DNA from: Limnothrix sp. BL-A-16
GTDB taxonomy: Bacteria; Cyanobacteriota; Cyanobacteriia; CACIAM-69d
Assembly: GCA_041937175.2 (NCBI GenBank)
Contig: CP166615.1
Coordinates: forward strand, 3,584,001-3,648,000
Length of the DNA stretch: 64,000 nt
Reading direction: 5' to 3'
The notes under the pieces were generated by a model. The model saw nothing but the letters and a program-made list of their open reading frames with translations. It was not told where the DNA came from and searched no databases. Below are positions 61,821-64,000 of the stretch, one piece after another. The position numbers and the translations under genes were made by a program. Each line of letters starts with the position of its first letter. The stretch's first letter is position 1.

Positions 61821-62498
61821 TCAGGAGGGGTTCAAGTCCCGGAATTTGGCTTGCTTCAGTTGCTCATACCGAGCCTGGAGCGATCGAAAGTTGTGCTGAA
61901 TGAGGGGAAACAGCTTGGACGGAAAGGGTTCGTTTAAATCCATTGGGTTCACACCGCGCATGGATTCGATCGATCGCACAGCTTTGTAAATTGCCACATG
62001 TTTCAGATATTTCAGCAATTCTTCAATCAGCTCTTGGCTATTTTCTGCCTGTTCAGCCAGGTGAATTTTGGATTCGATAATTGCAACAATTTCATCGTGA
62101 TTTTTTAAAATAAAGTCTCGCTCAATAATTTCTCCGGCAGAATCCGGTAACGCGTGATCTCTTGCGCCCAAAGTGGCGATTCGCTGCCACATGGCGTTGT
62201 CTTTTTCAAGGCGTAAATAAATTGGCCAATAGAACTCGGCAATTTGGCGCTCCAAGAATTCCAGTTCCGCCTGATGACGAGCCAGCACGATTTCTTGTTC
62301 TAATTCGGCAACGCGCTGTTTCTGCTGATTTTCCAAATCGACTAGGATTTGGCGCTGGCGATATTTTTCATTGATGTCGCTTTTAAAAATTTCAAATCGC
62401 TTGTTTAACCAATAGCCAGCAATCAGCACAATGCCGCCAATGAGCACTTTATCAACAACCAGTTCAATTAGTTTTTCAGAAAGGGCCATGGTGATCAT
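61821..62498 (-). CDS. Hypothetical protein (N-terminal TM, coiled coil)
   Basis: TM, then QIAEFYWPIY; no family recognised. Confidence 0.7.
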   Translation of the reverse strand: MITMALSEKLIELVVDKVLIGGIVLIAGYWLNKRFEIFKSDINEKYRQRQILVDLENQQKQRVAELEQEIVLARHQAELEFLERQIAEFYWPIYLRLEKDNAMWQRIATLGARDHALPDSAGEIIERDFILKNHDEIVAIIESKIHLAEQAENSQELIEELLKYLKHVAIYKAVRSIESMRGVNPMDLNEPFPSKLFPLIQHNFRSLQARYEQLKQAKFRDLNPS

Positions 62499-62611
62499 GC
62501 TCCGTTGGCGATTTCAAGCTATTTTGAGAGAGATTTTTGAGAAGCTATTTGATTAGAAAAATTACTTTGGAAGGTTGATTCAAAGAACAACAACCACAGG
62601 GGCAAGGGGCG

Positions 62612-62757
62612 TAGGGTCTGTCGTCAAATCGCCTGAAACCCTGATTCCACCCTTGGCAGATCGTGGGGGACAAGGGGCTTAAGCCCCTTGTTATAACGAC
62701 TGGGACATGAACAATCAATCGTTTCCGCCCGATCCCAGGAAATGACGACAGGCCCTA
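62612..62757 (+). mobile_element. 146-bp MITE inserted into the centre of a REP-like palindrome
   Basis: TAGGGTCTGTCGTCA ... TGACGACAGGCCCTA, flanked by CAAGGGGC(G) and AGCCCCTTG; internal palindrome 62671-62690. Confidence 0.85.
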
Positions 62758-62844
62758 AGCCCCTTGTCTTCGGTGATTGCTAGCCCCTTGTCTTCGACGA
62801 TCGATCGGGTCAGCAGAGTAATCATCTAGGCTGCTCCACCATAC

Positions 62845-63741
62845 TCATTCAAGCGGAGCAGTAACTTTGGGCAAGTCGGGATAGGAACACCAGTCACTCC
62901 AACTGCCGGCGTAGAGACGAGCTTGGGGCAGTCCAGCGCGGGCCAGGGCCCACAGGTTAACGCAGGCCGTCACGCCAGAACCGCAGTAGACGATCGGGGG
63001 CGGATTGGGGGGCAAATCCTGAAAGTGGGATTTTAAGGCGGCGATCGAGTGGGCGCGGCCTTCTGGGTCGCAAACCTGCACCCAGGGATAGTTAATGGCT
63101 CCGGGAATGTGGCCCGCTACGGGGTCGATCGGCTCCACTTCGCCGCGATAGCGAGCGGGTTCTCGGGAGTCAATGATGGTTCCTTCTGCCAACCGTTGGG
63201 CTTGTTTGATTGTGTCGATCGAGGCCAGCAGTTCCAAGCGCGGGCGGGGCACAAACTGACGGACGATCGGGTGGCTGGGTTGGCTGGTGGTGGGCAAACC
63301 AGCTCTTCGCCAGGCCGACCAACCGCCATCCAGCAGCACCACCCGATCGTGGCCCAAATAGCGCAACAGCCACCAGAACCGGGCCGCAAACCCAAATTGG
63401 GAATCGTCGTAGACCGCAACCCACCGATCGGTATCAATGCCCCAAAAGCCCAGTTGATCCACCAGGCGATCGAGCACAGGCAGCGGATGCCGACCGCCAT
63501 GGGGGCCAACGGGCCCAGACAAATCCCGCTCCAAATCCGCATAGACTGCGCCGGGAATATGGGCGGTTTGATATTGCTGTTGTCCCAAGTTGCGATCGCC
63601 CAAGGAAAACCGACAGTCCACCACCACCCAATCCGGATCCGACAGCATTGGGGCCAACTGTTCCGGAGAAATCAGTTGCTCCAACAGCAATTTCGCGGCC
63701 ATGGTTGAGTTTTCCATGCTGCCCCCCAGAGCATTTGCCAA
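62845..63741 (-). CDS. Two-domain rhodanese / 3-mercaptopyruvate sulfurtransferase
   Basis: HIPGA, GRHPLP, LDGG, YCGSGVTAC, LYAGSWSDW; start uncertain. Confidence 0.92.
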   Translation of the reverse strand: MANALGGSMENSTMAAKLLLEQLISPEQLAPMLSDPDWVVVDCRFSLGDRNLGQQQYQTAHIPGAVYADLERDLSGPVGPHGGRHPLPVLDRLVDQLGFWGIDTDRWVAVYDDSQFGFAARFWWLLRYLGHDRVVLLDGGWSAWRRAGLPTTSQPSHPIVRQFVPRPRLELLASIDTIKQAQRLAEGTIIDSREPARYRGEVEPIDPVAGHIPGAINYPWVQVCDPEGRAHSIAALKSHFQDLPPNPPPIVYCGSGVTACVNLWALARAGLPQARLYAGSWSDWCSYPDLPKVTAPLE

Positions 63742-63784
63742 AAATGGTATTACGATTAGTTGAAACTTCCACCCCTGCTTGATC

Positions 63785-64000
63785 GTGTCAGTTCTCCTTG
63801 AAGTCCAAGACGTATACGCTGGCTACCTGAAGGGCCTCGACATCTTACAAGGGGTGAATTTAACCCTGGCCCCCGGTGAACTGGTGGCCATCATTGGCCC
63901 CAACGGTGCGGGTAAATCCACCTTGGGCAAAACGATCGCGGGGCTGCTGAACCCCAATCGGGGCCAGATTTTATTTCATGGCGAGTCGATCGGGCACTTG
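63785..64000 (+). CDS. Branched-chain amino acid ABC transporter ATPase (LivF/NatE-like), truncated by the window end
   Basis: [14 protein letters not shown]...GPNGAGKST. Confidence 0.85.
   Translation, partial: MSVLLEVQDVYAGYLKGLDILQGVNLTLAPGELVAIIGPNGAGKSTLGKTIAGLLNPNRGQILFHGESIGHL

Overview
Cyanobacterial chromosomal DNA: dense HIP1 octamers (GCGATCGC), psaK, a FurA-type fur, DUF1815/DUF2839/DUF3685. Core genes include a DinG-like helicase (5' part outside the window), ppx, exbB-exbD-exbD, pstSCAB with a Pho box, queF, ispF, ureE-ureF, metH, an S8/SLH protease, pirin/CDGSH/HxlR and a rhodanese. Accessory content includes a sulfide module (sqr, ArsR, DUF302, Acr3-like transporter, Tll0287-like heme protein), a FIST-histidine kinase pair, several partly decayed toxin-antitoxin modules, a REP-like palindrome family and a ~146-bp MITE family. 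Best novelty candidates: (1) an AT-rich four-gene operon of an unknown protein, a QatC/QueC-like enzyme, an XRE-HTH/ImmA metallopeptidase and a PIN nuclease, possibly an undescribed defence system; (2) a 61-aa signal-peptide protein whose 24-aa mature part has the Cys spacing of fungal Cu-metallothionein, behind a MerR-type promoter and divergent from ureEF; (3) an ABC exporter fused to a ComFB-like domain; (4) a 210-bp IS605/TnpB-derived mini-element that appears to keep only the ends and omegaRNA region; (5) a MITE that carries, and inserts into, the REP palindrome and supplies start/stop codons to host genes. All assignments come from motif recognition by eye; no searches were run.
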